Shown in pieces: positions 51,053 through 64,000 of a DNA stretch of 64,000 bases. The DNA is taken from positions 48,050,001 to 48,114,000 of the forward strand of contig OX597821.1 of NCBI GenBank assembly GCA_951406725.2. The letters run 5' to 3'. A model generated the notes under the pieces. The model was not told where the DNA came from, ran no database searches, and saw only the letters and a list, made by a program, of their open reading frames with translations. Position numbers and translations under genes: made by a program. This DNA comes from Octopus vulgaris. Taxonomy: Eukaryota. Each line of letters starts with the position of its first letter. The stretch's first letter is position 1.

Positions 51053-52590
51053 GTTATAGAAAACCTTAGATATATTAATGCTAATAGTAATCATCCACCC
51101 TCTATTAAGAAATCATTGACAGAAAATATAGGTAAAAGAATATCGTTGCTTTCCTCTAATTTTGAGATTTTCCAAAAACATGCACCTTATTATAATGAAG
51201 ACCTGCAAGAAGCGGGATATAATAAAAATATAAAATCCTTTAATAATTCTAAATATGATTGTAATATAAAAGATTATAATATGAATGATTCCTATATTTT
51301 TTATAATAATAAACCTAACATTAAGAATTATGATACATTTTATTTAGGTAATTATGGTATTAATAATATGTATAATGATAATACAAAACATAAATATAAT
51401 AATAGACTGATTAATGATAATAATAAATTTAATAATATAAAAAATAAATATAATAATATTAATAATAAGAACAAAATTTGGTTAATTATTCCTTATGGAA
51501 CTCAAATTAAAATAAACATTATTATAGAGATTTTAACTATGACTGAAGTATTCATTAGAGATAATAAAAAATATAATATTTTTTTAGCGATAATTTTGCA
51601 GTTGGTTATTCTACTACTAATAATGTAGGTAACATTATTTCTTCTTTTAATAAATTTAAGCTGAATAAGTTTTTCAAAAACAACTCAAATAATTATTCCA
51701 ATAATAATGATATAATTAATTGTACGTGTAGAGATAAAACTAAATGTATATTTAATAATAAATGTAATTTCGATGAAGTAGGATATAAATGTGCAGTCAC
51801 TTTGATTGATAATAATAATTAGGAATGTTTATAATTTAAATGCAATTTACATAGGGTCGACTTCTAATAAAATTAAATTACTGGTGGCTCAACACATGAA
51901 TTCTTTTAAGAATAGAAATTTAATTAATTCTACTGGCCTTAGTAAATATATACGGGAACTTAAATCTAAAAATATTAAGTACAATTTAAATTGGGAGATA
52001 GTTTGTAAGGCAAAATCATATCGAATAGCTAGTAATTTTTGTTTATTATGTACTAACAAATTTATGGAATAAAAATTTGATTAATTCTCTCGACGAATGA
52101 AAAATTAAAAGTAGACATAAATTAAATTACTTATATAATAAGTTTAGCTAATTTGTGTATATATATAAACCCTGTTTTATGTTACTAATTGTTGTAGTTA
52201 TAATTTGTAGTAGTAAACTGTGTAAAAATTAGCACGAGATTATATAGTCTATATTACATAATTAGAATAAATTGAAAATTAGATGTTTATAAAATAAATT
52301 AATTACTTAACGAACATAAATTAAATTATAGAATTTTAGCTTAATTTATGCTTATTATATTATGTATTTTATGTATTTAGCATTTGAATTATTTAGACTT
52401 TACAATTTTTCCAGTTAATAGTATATTGAAGTTAATTTTTTCATTATTCTTACAGCTAAAATACATTTGTAATCTTAATAGTTTAAGTACATATTTCTAT
52501 CTATTTCTTTTATAAATTCTATTTATGCCATATTTTCACACGATATATTTATTATAAACACTAAGTTCGAAGTTTTATGTTTAAATTTTT
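51053..52590 (+). mobile_element. AT-rich Penelope-like element 3' portion
   Basis: Motifs YINANSNHPPSIKK, RISLLSSN, NCTCRDKTKC, IYIGSTSN, STGLSKYI, NWEIV and CLLC. Confidence 0.85.
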
Positions 52591-53032
52591 AAGTGACCCA
52601 GTTAGCAGCTGAAATTGGGACACTAAAATCAATTTCTCTGATCACATTAAGCAAGCAATACTTCTCTCACATGATTATCGTTATGGATTCTAGGAAGTGG
52701 GCAATTATGAGGGAATTCACAGTGCCCAGATGAGGCTCATGAGAGAAATATTACACCACATATTTGGAGCTGGTACAGCAGTACAAAACCAAGACTGGTG
52801 AGGTGGCTGAAAATCAATTTAATTCTGCTGCTAGAGGCTGAGGAGATTGTATGCTTGAAGAGAGTCTCTTCAATATCTCTTCAGCAGTGGCCACAAAGCC
52901 TTGACCAACAACTGATGCCACTATTACTAAGACCAGCAGCTCAAGGCAGTTGAAGAAGCAGTCACCTATAGCCTAGATTGTCATTAAACTTGATTTAAGA
53001 GAAAAAGTGTCTACTTGAAATATATTATAATA

Positions 53033-53440
53033 GGCGCAGGAGTGGCTGTGTGGTAAGTAGCTTGCTTACCAACCACGTGGTTCTGGGTTCAGTCCCACTG
53101 CATGGCATCTTGGGCAAGTGTCTTCTGCTATAGCCCCGGGCCGACCAATGCCTTGTGAGTGGATTTGGTAGACGGAAACTGAAAGAAGCCTGTCATATAT
53201 ATGTATGTATATGTATGTGTGTGTGTGTGTGCCTATGTTTGTCCCCCTAGCATTGCTTGACAACCGATGCTGGTGTGTTTACGTCCCTGTCACCTAGCGG
53301 TTCGGCAAAAGAGACCGATAGAAGAAGTACTGGGCTTACAAAGAATAAGTCCCGGGGTTGATTTGCTCGACTAAAGGCGGTGCTCCAGCATGGCCGCAGT
53401 CAAATGACTGAAACAAGTAAAAGAGTAGAGTAAAGAGTAA
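53033..53440 (+). mobile_element. Complete CORE-like tRNA-derived SINE with internal microsatellite
   Basis: A box TGGCTGTGTGG, B box GGTTCAGTCCC, CORE-like catcttgggcaagtgtctt, an internal (TA/TG)n, a hairpin 3' tail and (agagt)n. Confidence 0.88.
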
Positions 53441-53539
53441 GGTATATTTTGGATACTCTCACTCTATCATAGACAGAGTATAACATTTTGATGTGTGTGT
53501 GCATATAAGTATATATACATAGATACTCATATGTGTGTA

Positions 53540-54395
53540 TATATGGTGTTCAGACAAAATTTGACGATTTTTATGTCTCCTTTTTTCAGGAACAACTTGA
53601 TATATTGGTGAAAATTCAGCGGCACTGGAGAGCATAAAGATAAAAGTTGTAGTTGAGAAATAGCTGACATGGGGAAATGGAAACCATTTGAATATTGGAA
53701 AAGAGTTACCTGTGTCATGATGACCCACATTATGTATCAAAATGCCAACATCATGACTGTTGCTCAATGCTCTGTGAACACTGTAAAGATTGAAAGATGT
53801 GAGACGGGCAGCTGCATTGGAGACTATGAAGCCATGGCCAGAAAGAAGGACACAGCAGGTGTCCTGACTGTGTTTGCATGCCAGAATTCACCCCGACACC
53901 TCAGAGCATGGCCTTAAGCTCAATTCAGATGACTATGTGAAGCTGCTGCAGACTGCAGTCTAGTCAATCCCTGGCTGGAGAGAGATGCTGCTAGAAGACC
54001 ATGTATGACAGCAAGATTCAACTCTTTTCCATACCTCCAGAAAGAATCATTACTCATTATTGCAGAAATTCTATGACTTCACCATCCCCAATTTCTGGCC
54101 TTCTAATTACCCTGATTGTAATACCATGGGTTATTATGTGTGGGGAACATTTGCAAAAGGCACCAATCACTCTTCCTGAAACATGATGAATGAGTTGCTG
54201 GCCACAATTAAAGAGGATCCTCCCAGACACAGTGAAGAATGCATGTGGAAAGTTCCAGAGCCATTTTGAAGCCATGGTAAAAACCATAATCCAAATATTT
54301 CTTTTGATTTTTAAAAAATGCTTTTATTTTTGCATGACATATTGTTTTTTGTTTTCCTTTTATTCAAACTGTCACATTTAACTTGAACACACTCT
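53540..54395 (+). mobile_element. Decayed Tc1/mariner-superfamily element, maT/DD37D-like
   Basis: About 54092-54145 encodes FWPSNYPDCNTMGYYVWG (WPxNSPDxNPxDY motif). It ends in FEAMVK and has degenerate inverted termini. Confidence 0.65.
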
Positions 54396-55381
54396 ACGTA
54401 CAGATGGACGGACAGACAGATAAATTTAGATATTAAATGTATAGGGCATGAGACCATAGTTTATCCAGATTTTTAAGGTGAAAGGAACTCACAGTACAAG
54501 ATTCCCTCCCACACATTTGAGTCTGTTACGGGGTTGCTGATACTTATTTTCAGTTGAGTGAGTTGGAGTAATATTAAATGAAACACCTTGCTCAAGGACA
54601 CAATTTATCCATATCATAATCATGAAACCAACATCCTTAACCACTATGCTACATATCTACACACTCACACACGTGTGAATATGTAGGCGTGTAAGTTTGT
54701 ATCATGTATGCTTGAATGCGTGTATTATATGTGTATATATGCCTGTGTTTGTATTTATGATCTGTAAGTTTATTTACAGATATATAAATGTATACAATAA
54801 GATAAATCCTGAATGCACACACGTTAAACGATAATACTCCATGTTTAATTTCTATATGCTAGGGGCTATGTATGTGCATGTGGTGGTGTGAATAACAGGT
54901 TGGCACTGTAAGTAATAACAAAAGATTTTGTAATGTCTGTCAATACGGTTTCAGTCTAAATGCTTAAAGCTATAAATCTAATTCATTTTCAGCACAATAG
55001 GTGGTCCATTTTCCTTCATCATCTCCCATTCTACTATATTTCTAACATCCATACATCATTCTCTGTGTACGTTTTAAAATAATCCACCATTTTTCACTTT
55101 CCCACTCTGCTTTCTCGAATCTCAGTTTTCACTTCTCACTTCCATTCTGTGTTTTTTTTTATTTAATTTTAAACAGTCTGCTTTTATCTTATTTTCTTTC
55201 TTTTCTTGACTCTTCTCCCTTTTTTATAATTCACATTTTGTTTCCCTGCTTTTTGAATTTCTCTTCTTAATAATAACTTGCTGCAAAGACAGAATTATAA
55301 AGCAAAGAAACTAATTTTAAAAATATTGAAAAGGTGGAAAAAATTTAATAAATTAAATAAGATAAACTCCCCCTCTCCCCC

Positions 55382-55425
<44 letters not shown>

Positions 55426-56006
55426 ATACACACACACATGCACATTATATAGTTTTTTGAGTGGTATAACGTTAAAAGGAAAATGACAGAATATTGATAA
55501 TTTTAAAATTTTGTCTCCAAGAAGCAAACAGCAACCAATAAGTGCTTAAAGTACAAATTATTAAATTGCAAACTGTAAAATACTTTCAATAAATTCGAGG
55601 ATAATGGGGCAGAAAAAGCAGAACACTTGCCTAAACACATTATTGCTTTTAGTTTCACCCTTTTCTGTTCTGAGTTCAATTCTTAACCTGATTAATTTTT
55701 GTTTTTCATTATCTGAAGTAGCAAAGGAAATAGGTACCAGTCATGAACTGGGGGACACTGACTATTCTACATACCACCTTACAGAGCTGTACTGCACACT
55801 GCCCTACACTTATACTATATACCCCATAATACCTATACTATACATCACCCAACATCTTTACTATATACTGCCTGTTGAAATTCTATCCTCTTTGATGCCA
55901 AGTCTCCAGTCGGGGTCAAGAATTTTTTTTTTAATATAGGCACAATGCTAGATGTTTGAAGAAGGAAGAGTATATTCAATAATATTGATCCCACTACTTG
56001 ACTAGT

Positions 56007-56938
56007 TTATTATCTCCGCCAAGGAAGGAGGTTGTTTTCATTGTCATTGGTTTGTCCGTCTGTCCGTCTGTGTGCAAAATAACTTCAAAAAGCTGTGAAC
56101 AATATTTAATGAAACTTGCAGAAAAAGTTGACAATAACACAAGGAACAGATGATGAAATTTTGGTAGTGATACGGGAATTTTTATGGATTCTTGAAGGAT
56201 TTTTCATTTGACATATTTACTATACATGAAGTGTTACATTCTTTGATTATCTCCCTTGAAAACACGTTCATCGTTTCCCTGTAACTTATGGTGGCATTGC
56301 TGGTGGTGTTGCTGTTTCCAAAGTTTTATTTTCGTTTCTCTATTTGTAATTTTACTCACGTATCTATGGATTCTTGAGGGATGAGTGATACTATACTGAC
56401 CATAGAGGGATGTAAAATAGGTAGGTAGGTTTAGTTTCGTAAATAGACAGATACCTCTTTTATCTTTGCCAAGGAATCATCTGACCATCGTCCTTAGTGT
56501 ACTTCAACATGGATCTCCTTGATTCCCCTAACATTGAGATCTTGACAACTATGAACCAGTCTGAGTTCAACCAAATAGTCCAAAAACCCACCACCAACTA
56601 TGGAAGCCTGCTAGATCATGTTTACGTGAACCAGGATCAGCGTTCACAACTCACCATAACCAACTGTTACTTTTCCGACCATGATGTTGTGTGTGTGTGT
56701 GTATCACTCAAACTAGTTTGCTGTTGTCATTGATTTATTATAACTGCTTCAGATTATTCCTGTTTTTAAAGGGTTTTTTTTCTTTAAATCATATGGCTGT
56801 TATTTTTTTTAAAACTGCCAAGGAGGTTATGTTTTTGCCAGTGTTGGTTTGGGAAATTGGGCGATTTTCAGCATGCGTGTATATGGGTGGAAATGAACTG
56901 CTTGGTGGAGGTCTGCGCTCTCCAAGTGCTTATCTAGT
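56007..56938 (+). mobile_element. Non-autonomous Helentron (HINE/DINE-1-like) retaining an AP-endonuclease fragment
   Basis: 5' subterminal repeat atctccgccaagg, then (GTCC/GTCT)n, 3' cttggtggaggt, hairpin gcgct-ctcca-agtgc and CTAG|TT. ORF 56497..56733 has FNMDLL, SLLDHVYVN and YFSDHD. Confidence 0.8.
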
Positions 56939-58759
56939 TTAAATGAGGAAACACAAATTTGATTTCATAAAGAGAGAGAATTACCACAAGGCATTTTGTA
57001 CAACTCTCTCAGGATTCAATCAATCAACAGCCCTTTTTTTACCAAGTGACCACACTAGAGGACAGTATGGGCACTCAGTAAGTGCCAATCAATTAATTAC
57101 TGGTATCAATACACTGACCCCTCCCCAACAATTATTTTGCTCTTGTGCTTATTTTAAAAACTAACAAATAGTATTGTTTTCACATATTTCTGATTTAATT
57201 TTGGAAAACACATGTTTTGGATGTTTGAAACCAATTAATACTTTCTTTATTTCTTGTGTATGTGTGTAGTCAATACTTAGAGATGACATAACAGTTCGTA
57301 ATTCTCTTATCAAAAAACAATTTTTTGATTTTCAATCGATAAGATAAGTAAAACATCTCTTTTGGGTACCAGAGGTTTTATTGCATACAGCAGATGAGAG
57401 CCGCATCTTACACAAGAAAGGATTCCAGTCTTTCACACATCCTTTTCCTGAACTGATATTTTTCCCAACAGCAATATGTGTTGAAGATTAAGATGCATAG
57501 ATAAGATGTATCCTGAAGTAGAATTCCTTCACTGGATTTTAACTATTGAACTAAACTCTGGTAATCCAGTATCCAATACAGGTGATTATTTTGTTTTCGG
57601 TAGTTGTTAGATGGCTTGGTAGGTAAGTTCTTTGAACTCACAGGTTATTAGTTCAAATTTACTACACAGGAGTGTTATGTACAACAAGCTATTCAGTGAC
57701 GTGATTGTTGGTTCATGTCATTCAAATAAGGTTAAATACTGCAACACTTAAAATCTCTGTAAGGCCTTTTGTGCCATTATTTTAACAATTTGTTGTTTTC
57801 TTCTAAGTGAAATTCCATTTTTCAGAGTAAAACTAGCTGTTATATAGAATTGGACATAATCAGTTATTTATGCAAGTTGCATGAAAATATTTCAACTACT
57901 AAATTTTGTTCTGTAGCCATATCAATATCTTATAAAACAACCAAAATTTGGTCACAAGTTCAAATCTTCCTGCACGTTTTCATTATCACAAGAACCTCAG
58001 TGTTTCAGTTTATCTATCTTGTTCTACCAGAGTGTCTAGCAATTGCAGCTGCATTAAACCAGTCAACTCATCTAGTCATAGATTTGTTATACATCTAATT
58101 AATAGAACAAAAATTGAATATTAATCTTCATTATAAATCAGACTGTTGACTCCAAATATTCACAAAAGCATTAGTTTTCACTTCAGTCCACTTCAACATT
58201 GTCCATTATATCTTTAAGAAAGTCATGAAGACCACACAAGATCATTCAGTTTCTTACCCTCTCTAAACTCTAGATTTCAGTCACCTTAAGTTTTGGCATA
58301 AAAAAAATTTCAGCAGAAGCAAAACCAAATATAAAGGAATAAGACAAACCAGTACAAACATCACTGAGATATTGAAGAATAGGGGAATCAAAACCAATTT
58401 AATGGCATCAGATGGGGGAAATGTTTCAGGCCTTCTTCGTTACAGCTATTTCATTTTCACATTTGATTAAAACTCCTTTTTATCAGTTATTACTTATTCA
58501 ATAAATCTTGAAATAATGGAAGCAAAGTGACTCAGGGCAAGAAAAGGAGTTAGAACTAAATAGAATCAAGTTTTTTCGAAGATACTCTACCGATTCTACC
58601 ATCTATCTGCCATGATTCTACATGTTTTTCTTAAAAGTATGCATACAGTTTATGAGATATGGATAACACAGTATATATGCTCACAAATATGCAACTTGTA
58701 CTTTTATAATTTATATTATAATTGCTGTTGTTGTTGTTGTTATCCTTCTCATCTTCCCT

Positions 58760-59020
58760 TGTACCGCATCATCATCAATGCCTTGTGGTGTTGTTATTTC
58801 TTCTCACCACCACCATCGTCATTGTTACATCATCATTAACCACCCATTACCACCACCATCATCATTATCATTATCATCATTATCACCACTACAGTCCACA
58901 ACATCATTGTCACCAACACCACCATTATTTTACTATCATTACCACTCTAGTCACCATTACCATCATCATCATCATCATCATCATCACAACTATTATCATC
59001 ATTATCCCCACCATCAGCAT
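58760..59020. repeat. Degenerate (CAT/CAC)n simple repeat
   Basis: Directly visible in the sequence. Confidence 0.9.
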
Positions 59021-59503
59021 AGGCAATGATGGTTGGTACTATTCTGTCCTACCAGAAGCCAGGTGATGTTCCATGCTGCACTGCCATAAATAGTGATGAA
59101 GTACATGATGAATGACATGTCATAGAAGATATCAAGGTAGTACAAGATCAACCACAGACATTGTAACACTTCATGATGTAGCTGTTGTGTGATGGTGGTG
59201 GTGCAATGGAATAAGGAGATAGCTTAAAGATGTTGGGGGGGGGGAGTGGGAGGAATAATAATCATCAGATCAAATTACTGATACTGTCATATTACATTTA
59301 TTGATTGATCAGTGTTCAATAGTCCAAACATAAACTGACACCAACTAGTGGTGTGGGAGATAGTGGTCGTGGTGGTGGTGGTAATGATATTGGTAACGAT
59401 GTTAGTGTTTGCTTGACCTATTAGAAGCATCAGCATCTATCACCATCACCACAGACCCTACCACAGATATTGTAACCACTACTGATAACAAAAAACAGCA
59501 GCA

Positions 59504-59725
59504 CCTATTTCTTTACTACCCACAAGGGGCTACACACAGAGGGGACAAACAAATGGATCAAGTCGATTATATCGACCCCAGTGCGCAACTGGTACTTAAT
59601 TTATCGACCACGAAAGAATGAAAGGCAAAGTTGACCTTGGCGGAATTTGAACTCAGAACGTAAGGCAGACGAAATACCGCTAGGTATTTCACCCGGCGTG
59701 CTAACGTTTCTGCCAGCTCCCCACC
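59504..59725 (-). mobile_element. Nin-domain-like SINE, relatively young copy with a distinct tail
   Basis: CpG-rich copy containing tttatcgaccacgaaagaatgaaaggcaaagttgac and cggaatttgaactcagaacg. Confidence 0.85.
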
Positions 59726-60494
59726 ACTGTCATCCTTACAACCACCACTAAAAACAACAATAGCAACAACACCACAAATCAGTACCACCACCTCTGCAGT
59801 TACTATTTCTGTATCATCTCATCTGTTTTTGTAGCTATTCACTATGGTACCACCAGATCAGTGATTGAAAATGATGCCTGTCTGAGTCAATGAGGGAGCC
59901 TCTTTGTGCTTTCTCAATATGCTAGAAATAGCAGCCAAGTTGATTTCAAATCAATCACATCTTTCAACATCATCATCATCATCATCATTTAACGTCCGTT
60001 TTCCATGCTTGCATACAAAAACACATTGGGTAATGGGTCCCATAACATAAGGAAAATACTAGATGATTATGGCGGGAATACATTTGATCATAAATCTACT
60101 TGAAAAACGATGACCAAATGCTAAAACACCACCACCAACAACAAACTAATTGACTAGATGCTAACAACGAAACCTCTGCATGGTCACTTGGTTAGCTAAA
60201 AAATAAATTGTCAATAATATAGGTCAGGTAATACAGTTCCTAAAAAACAATGAAATGGTCATGGCTGTAAAGCCTTTTGATTATTGGTCTACTATGATAA
60301 GGCCAGGTTTCAGGCTATGTAAGAGATTTATTGATGGCCTGCATTTCATTGTTACAGTAAAAACCAATATATGGTCGGACTGTTTCCTTTACTTGCCTAT
60401 ATTCACTGAAAGTTTCAATCACTCAATTTCAAGAACTGATCCCTCTCTCACTCTTTCTCATATAGCAATCTTTCATAGTAATATTTTCTTGCTT

Positions 60495-60705
60495 TAAGAT
60501 GGCAAGCTGGCAGAATCATTAGAGTACTGGGCAAAATGCTTAGCAATATTTCGTCTGTCTCCACATTCTGAGTTCAAATTCCACCGAGGTCGACTTTGCT
60601 TTTGTCCTTTTGGAGTCAATAAAATAAATACCAATTGAACCCTGGGATCAATGTAATTGATTTACCCCCATCCCCCAAAATTTCTAGCCTTGTGCCAAAA
60701 TTTTA
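60495..60705 (+). mobile_element. Nin-domain-like SINE
   Basis: taagatggcaagctggcagaatcattag...GAGTTCAAATTCC (B box)...ggtcgactttgc...ccttgtgccaaaatt. Confidence 0.85.
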
Positions 60706-60930
60706 AAGCAATATTTTGTTGTCTCAGTGATAGATGGTGCTCTGCTATCATTTGATGTACACTTATCATCAAAGACAACCTGATTTCCATACAAACTGCA
60801 TAAAGTGCTGTCTGTGTGAGGTTCTTGTGACCTCACTGATAGCACAAGTCCTTGGTACACACTATATCTTCAATATACATCACAATATTGTATACTGTAC
60901 AACGTCTTAGATGATAATAATAATAATTAA

Positions 60931-62643
60931 TTCTGGTTTTATTGGTCACAAGGGCTAACATAAATTTTTAAAAAACATGTGAGGTCAAACACAGGACGAA
61001 AAGTAAAAAGGGTTTTGCGAAAATCAAAAAGAAAAAAGAAAACGAAAAGTCCGTGTAAACATTCAAATAACAGCGAAAGATATAACAAATAAGACTCCCA
61101 ATAGGGGGAGGTGCTTTGAAAGGTTACTCGTGGAAAAAAACATAAAAGCCACGGGAGCCTGCTCAAAAGGGGTAGAGAGACCCTTCTTTTATATTACCTT
61201 TTTTTTACAGGTGTAACCTCAGAATTAGTCCGTTCATACTGGCCATTTTACCGACATTCACCCACCTTTCAATAAATTTGCTACGAGACAGCACTTCCCT
61301 CTTTACACTCATCATTCTTTTCAAGTAGAACTTGAAAAAGTTGATGAGGCCTTGGCCAAAGAGGAAAGTGTCTGACTTTAGCCCTTTCAGACGGGTCCAC
61401 CTCTTTCGCTACAGCCACTAGACAAAAGAAAATTGCCTTGCCCTCCCGGTTAAAGGAGGTCGGCGGGGTAATCTTCACTATGGATTCAGCTGATAGCCGG
61501 ATCCATCCTACATGCGACAGTAGCTGTTCGACATAAACCCACAGGTCAGTAATACTCGGGCACTGGACGAATGCGTGCTGAACGGTTTTGTCGTCCTGAG
61601 CGCACCTCGGAAGGCCCGGCTGACGGCACTTCCGTGCCGGTAGAGATTATCTCGAAGAAGCAACACTCCTCGGTAGCACTGTTAGGTGAGGGACCTTTGG
61701 AACTTATTCATGGGCCCGGCCTGAAAGTTCTGCTGAACAGACTTTTTAGCTAAATGTAGTCGACACTTAGAGTTTCCCGAGAACGTCGTCACACTTTTCC
61801 TTCACTAACCCTCTATAGAACGCTAGAGTGGAACTACGACCAATCGCATTGCCCGCTCGGTGGAGGGCGGTGAGAGCTTGACGGCACTCGATGTGCCAAG
61901 CGCCCTTTCTCGGTCTACGTTTGATCCATGATCGCAGCTCTGTCAAAGAGACGAGCTGCAGAAAGTCGTGTCTGACGAACGGCGACCACATCTGTTCACC
62001 GTCCAGGAAATGCTTGATATGCCGTAGCCTGAGCGTATGTCTGTGCATCAGCAACCACGACATGCCAAGGCCTCCTTTCAGTGGCTGTTGACAGCAGATG
62101 GAGCACCTGAACAGTGGTACCTGACCCTTCCACAGAAAGTCGAAGAGCAAGCGCACCAGCTTGGCTAACCAGCGGTCAGGACAAGGGACAACGGTCAATC
62201 GGAATAGATGACGGATGCGATGTACGCATTCACCATCCCCGCTCAACCTTTCTGGGAGAGCTTCCTCTCGACCTATTTCTGGGTGAGATTGGCTACCCTG
62301 CTCGTCACTTCATCCCAGTTTTTCTCCACCTGGAGGACTGGACCGAACCAGACCCCGAGCAGTTTAACGGGACCGTCTGTCCAGCGGCCTACGACGCTGT
62401 TGGACGGCATGGACTTGCCCCTCCAAGTACCCAGTTGCAACCCCACCGACTTTTCCACATTAATTTTCGCACCTGTCACCGCTTCGTGCTCGCTTTGCGT
62501 TTCGCCTATCAGGTCGATGTGCCTGTGGCTCGACACCATCACGGTGACGTCGTCGGCATTGGCAGACACGCTGTTTCCACATCCCAGATCACGCGGGACA
62601 CCCCTCAAAGCCTCCAAATTCCGCAGTAATGGCTCGAGAGTCA
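60931..62643 (-). mobile_element. 5'-truncated Tx1/L1-clade LINE (RT C-half, zf-RVT region, 3' UTR) in an (AAT/AAC)n tract
   Basis: Motifs LTLEPLL, ADDVTV, GAKINVEKS, VKLLGVWF and PLKGGLG. Frameshifted, with AATAAA near the 3' end. Confidence 0.9.
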
Positions 62644-62700
62644 ATACGATAATTATAACAACAACAACAGCAACAACAACAATAACAATAATAATAATAA

Positions 62701-63050
62701 TAATATCTACAACTTCTGTCAATACCTATCCTTTCCTTTCTCCCTTACTATTTGAAAATGTAAACATCTTTATTCCATGAAAACTACATCTTTCTCTATT
62801 CGGACAGACAAAAGATCATCTTCAGTAAATTTTAAAACCTTAATATCTACAATTTTCTGTTAAAATTTTACCTTCCTTTCTCCCTGAGTATTCGAAAATG
62901 TAAACATCCCTTTCATTGCAAAAATACTACTGCATTCTCCAACCAGACAGACAAACGAATATCTAAAGAAAACTTTAAAACTTTAATATATAAAATTTTT
63001 ATGAAACTTATCCCTGACTACCCAAATATGTAAACATAACTTTTATTGTA
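62701..63050. repeat. Degenerate tandem repeat, about 140-bp unit, about 2.5 copies
   Basis: taatatctacaa...ctccct...aaaatgtaaacatc...gacagacaaa...tttaaaac recurs at 62701, 62841 and about 62984. Confidence 0.8.
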
Positions 63051-63112
63051 ACAATACAATTGAATTCAGAAATTCAAAAATTCCACAGTGTGAATATCAG
63101 TATATATATCAG

Positions 63113-63230
63113 AATTAATCAGCCGAAATTTGCTATGATGATCCGGTTTCTGACTGAAGATTAAAGGCTTCGAATGACCCGTCTGTTTTCTGTGTTCGTC
63201 CGTTTGTGTATTTCACGTTCTTGTTTCTTT
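63113..63230. repeat. Partial copy of the unclassified repeat at 46855-47335
   Basis: aattaatcagccgaaattt...gatgatccggtttctgactgaagattaaaggcttcgaatgacccg. Confidence 0.8.
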
Positions 63231-63247
63231 ATATATAATTTTTATTC

Positions 63248-63279
<32 letters not shown>

Positions 63280-64000
63280 GTGTGTGTGTGTGTGTGTGTG
63301 CGTGTGTGTATTATTGTTTTTTCTACCAGTAATTACAAATAGAACAGGCTGAATTGCTTCTTTTCAAGGCCAAGGGCAGCGCTCTCATTGGTCGCTGGTA
63401 CTGGTAGTAGTAAACACACTTGACCTCTGCTGACCCAAAGGGTGAAAAGATTATTTTGTCTCTATGGCTGACCTCTCCACTATCTGCTGAATCTATTTAT
63501 AGACCTGTAGAATTTGATTTATTCACCAAGCTGCTAGTCTTCCTCCAACAACCACATATTTATGATTATCTCAAGTACAGGACAAAAGATGAAATAAAGA
63601 ACATTTAATCAAATCATTTAATAATAAATGGAAGTAGTAATAATGGTATAAACAATAGTAGTAGTGATGATGGTGATAATGATAAAAATAAAAATAATGG
63701 TAATATGCTGCAGCTGCTAATAATATAGCTACTACTATTCTGATAGCAGAGGAATCTGAGGCCCAACTACCACTGCCCCACCACCTGTGTAGCCTCTGAG
63801 TCTGTAAATATAACAATGACAAATAGTAAAAATTAAAAACAATAATATCAGTGATATCAGAAATGATGAAAGTAATAATGAAAGAAATCGGGTGGAGGCT
63901 CCCCATGTTCTGATTAATGATACATCTAGTGATGGTGTCACAATAAAAACACTGGTAAATGCGCAATGTGATAATCCCAACCTCATATGAGTGACAACGA

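Noticed and set aside
50755-51628. Novel Tc1-Penelope fusion gene
   Set aside because: The Tc1 frame stops at 51069 just after the junction and the Penelope part is frameshifted. A nested insertion explains it.
52725-52755. Hammerhead-like cagatgaggctcatgagagaaat (also 58420-58445 on the minus strand)
   Set aside because: The core is mutated and stems I and III do not form, which is consistent with chance.
53033-53110. tRNA gene suggested by A and B boxes (also 3390-3463)
   Set aside because: No complete cloverleaf is evident and the boxes continue into SINE bodies.
58722-59066. Poly-His/poly-Ile ORFs
   Set aside because: They derive from a degenerate (CAT)n repeat and have no domain or splice support.

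Overview
This is AT-rich, repeat-dominated eukaryotic DNA, most likely intronic or intergenic. The SINE families, dense (TA)n/(TG)n/(TATG)n/(CAT)n microsatellites and transposon mix resemble an octopus or other coleoid cephalopod genome; that assignment is an inference. No intact protein-coding gene or intact transposon ORF is present, and most listed ORFs are microsatellite artefacts. Recognisable content includes decayed Penelope-like elements, Tx1/L1-, CR1-, RTE- and R4/Dong-type LINE fragments, several Tc1/mariner relics, piggyBac- and Merlin-like MITEs, and a non-autonomous Helentron that keeps an endonuclease fragment. There are also three tRNA-type SINE families, four long inverted repeats and a few candidate small exons of a minus-strand host gene. 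The most notable signal is at least nine minimal type-I hammerhead-ribozyme-like motifs of several unrelated designs. They include a divergent back-to-back pair, compensatory base changes between copies, a U3-A8 core variant and a copy with a very large stem-II loop. Shared 3' tails also suggest SINE/LINE partner pairs. All coordinates were read by eye, and the boundaries of decayed elements are approximate.
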